From Blastocystis sp. Blastoise (lineage: Eukaryota > Protista > Bigyra: Opalinata), in NCBI GenBank assembly GCA_039096225.1, contig JBBPEB010000013.1, forward strand, positions 372,001 to 436,000: 64,000 nt of DNA, written 5' to 3'. The position numbers were made by a program, and so were the translations under genes. This document shows, piece by piece, positions 61,445 through 64,000 of the stretch. The notes below the pieces were generated by a model. It made no database searches and had not been told where the DNA came from. It saw only the letters and a program-made list of their open reading frames with translations. Numbering within the stretch: position 1 is the first letter of the stretch; each line of letters begins with the position of its first letter.

Positions 61445-63236
61445 ATTATATATTAGATATATATATTTATTTGATGAATATGCATAAACTAAGATATCTG
61501 ATACTACTGAGTAAATAAGCACAGAAGAGCAGTTAATTCAAATAATGAATTAGAAAAAAAACAAAAACCAAAAACCCTTCTTTACCAATCGAATTCTACT
61601 CCTGATAATTAAAAGAGGAAAAATATTTCCACGAAAAACTTCGATAACTCAATGAGATTTCTTAAATAACCACATTCTTATAACTACTCCAAATCATATT
61701 TGTTCCATTAAAAAAGTAAGTGGATGAACCAAAGTTTATTATTTTTCAACCATTCATTCTCAAGAAAATAAATTTGGTTCTCCATTAGTTTGATTGTGTG
61801 TCTTTTCTAGGATAATAAAGAAACACATATTCTTCCAAATGAAATAGTAATAATTTATCTATAATGTCTTACTTTTTTTAAATGAATAAGCAGAAGCATC
61901 TTTTTTTATTATTACTAAAAGGAAAGAGTCGTTATATGTTAAGAGCATCACTTTTCATGAAAGAATTATATGAATGACTGTATAAAATTAGTAAGCAAGA
62001 ATTTGAACAATACCTTTGATTTCAGGATTTAATTTATGATCTTGATCTTTCATGAGTTAATGAAATTAATTAACAATTTTGGTTTAGAAAATGGAAATAA
62101 TGACAAAAATGTGATATTTGACGTGTTTTCACCGACTTATATTGATTTTAGATTTTTCATACTGTTTTCTGAATAATGGAATATGTAATATATGTCATAG
62201 GATACTAGAAAAGACAAAGAATCACTAATGATATTAAAGAATGCAATTCCTGTTGTTCTAAAGTTGATCTCATTATATTGGCAACTTTATAAAGCCATAT
62301 GCAGTGAAGAAATTTTAAAACTCTTAAGACGATTACAGTCTATTATGTTTAAAAGGCGTTCATAAAGTATTTCTTTTTTAGTAATATAATATATGAAAGT
62401 TATTTTGTCATTACCAAATAGAAAAATGGAAATAAATGATCAACAAGAGGAAATTAATTATATGAATTGTATTACATTTTTATAAAAAGCAATGTATACA
62501 TGTACATGACTTCACACGGAATATAAATCGCATTTTTAAATAATTTTTATAAAAATAAATGAATAGAAGCGGTAAATGATTAAATTGTCTAGGTTTTTTA
62601 GGGTTGATTTCATTTTTTGATTTTTTTTTATGTTGTTATTTACATATTTGTTATTTGGGCTTTAATTGTATACTTGATACTTCTTAAACAGTATAGTTAT
62701 TTATTGTTGCATATATTAGCCAGTTATTTTCATAATTAAACTGATGACATCAACATTTTATCTTCTTCGAAGTTATAGAACATAAGTATAATATAGAGAA
62801 AAACATTCCTGATTCTTTGGATTACTTATATGCAAAATATAAATAACAAAAGTGTGCATGTCTTCAAAGTCTTATCTTAAATTATATATTCTCCTTTATA
62901 AATCTATGTTCTATCTATATAGATTAAAGAGTAAGAACACAAAAAATGATTATTAGTAAAGTATTTGACAATTATTGATAATTAACGCTTTTATTTTGAT
63001 GTTTAAATGAAATAACATTTTAAAAAGATAAGAATATATGAATAGAAAATTTGTGTTGAATAATAATTCTTATTAATACAATTATTATAAGTGAATGTTT
63101 TTATATATTTATAAAATTGAATTATATTTAAAACAAAACAATTATTAAAAAGGTTGATATCATTTTAATAGATAAATATAATTAACTAAAAGAAAACTAA
63201 CTAGTCAAAAAATAGAAAAAAAATTATATATAATAT

Positions 63237-64000
63237 TTATATTTGTTCTGTTGGTTTGGCATTATTATCTTCAGTAACAGTCTTTTTGTTAGAATTAGTT
63301 TTAGGCTTTGCAGACTTAGTGACATGTTTCACTTTATGATCAGCAAGTTTAGCCTTCTTTGGTTTTTGATTCTTCTTCATAACCATTACAAGAACTACAA
63401 CAATAATAATGATGACGATAATGATAATAACAACGATTATTATTATCATAGTTGTAGTCCAGAAGTTATAATTAATTACTGAAACATTATTAGAATCTGT
63501 AGAAACACTACTAACACTATTATAGTCACTGGATTTCAATTGAAGAGTTGACAATAAATGACTATTAACATATGTAATAGCATCAGTTCTAAGTACTTCA
63601 CTATCAGTCTCTTCACTTTCAATACGTATGTTAACAATAGCAGCATCAATATAAAAAGAAGTAGATTGAATAGACTCAATATAAGCAACAGTATTAGTAT
63701 ATGCTAATGAAGCTAAATATTCATTAATTGAAGTTTGTAAAGCATTAATTTGTTTTCCATCAAAGAATGTAGATGAAATACCAGAGAAAGTAATTGGTAT
63801 TCTAATAAAAGAACGACCAGATATAGGAGTATCTTCTGCAGAAATAGTATAACAAGAAGAACTATCTATGCTTTGCCAGATACCAGTATTTCCATTACGA
63901 ACACATTGACGAGAACGAGAAGTTGTTATGCTATTTTCACATAATAAATAAGAAGTTGTATCTACTTCAGTTTCAGGCCATATATCCTCAGATGCGCAAG
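63237..64000 (-). CDS. 3' part of a type I membrane surface protein (Cys module, TM helix, basic tail); starts beyond the window
   Basis: One open frame CASEDIWPETEVDTTSYLLCEN..RSRQCVRNGNTGIWQSIDSSSC, a long I/V TM segment and a Lys-rich tail. Stop at 63237. Confidence 0.75.
   Translation of the reverse strand, partial: CASEDIWPETEVDTTSYLLCENSITTSRSRQCVRNGNTGIWQSIDSSSCYTISAEDTPISGRSFIRIPITFSGISSTFFDGKQINALQTSINEYLASLAYTNTVAYIESIQSTSFYIDAAIVNIRIESEETDSEVLRTDAITYVNSHLLSTLQLKSSDYNSVSSVSTDSNNVSVINYNFWTTTMIIIIVVIIIIVIIIIVVVLVMVMKKNQKPKKAKLADHKVKHVTKSAKPKTNSNKKTVTEDNNAKPTEQI

Overview
Extremely AT-rich, intron-rich eukaryotic nuclear DNA. A Blastocystis-like stramenopile is inferred from TGTTTGTT motifs after genes, U12-type introns, a mitochondrial-type presequence and CENP-O; the window cannot prove it. 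Most poly-Leu/Ile/Tyr ORFs in the supplied track are artefacts of intronic microsatellites. The real genes are multi-exon, and two of them (TMA7, CENP-O) are essentially missed by the track. Main result: an apparently intact 12.3-kb Mutator/MULE transposon (696-12994) with perfect 51-bp TIRs and a perfect 10-bp TSD, inserted in a divergent promoter. It encodes a 5-exon, ~905-aa DDE transposase and ~6.7 kb of unexplained cargo. The cargo includes a non-canonical 68-nt tRNA-like cloverleaf with Pol III signals and a probable second spliced transcript running inward from the right TIR with no intact ORF. Host genes: WDR12/YTM1, TMA7, VPS4, a fucosyltransferase-like protein, a MYND-kinase, a DUF4379 zinc-ribbon repeat protein, CENP-O, POP1, a 3R-Myb, an AHSA1-domain protein, a PP2C, GRHPR, a Slo/BK-like channel and a partial surface protein. 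Other notable items: a 193-bp hAT MITE, three U12-type introns (AT-AC; AT-AT or AT-AC; GT-AT) and a NaK-like TIGDG filter in the channel. All gene models were built by hand and need RNA-seq confirmation.
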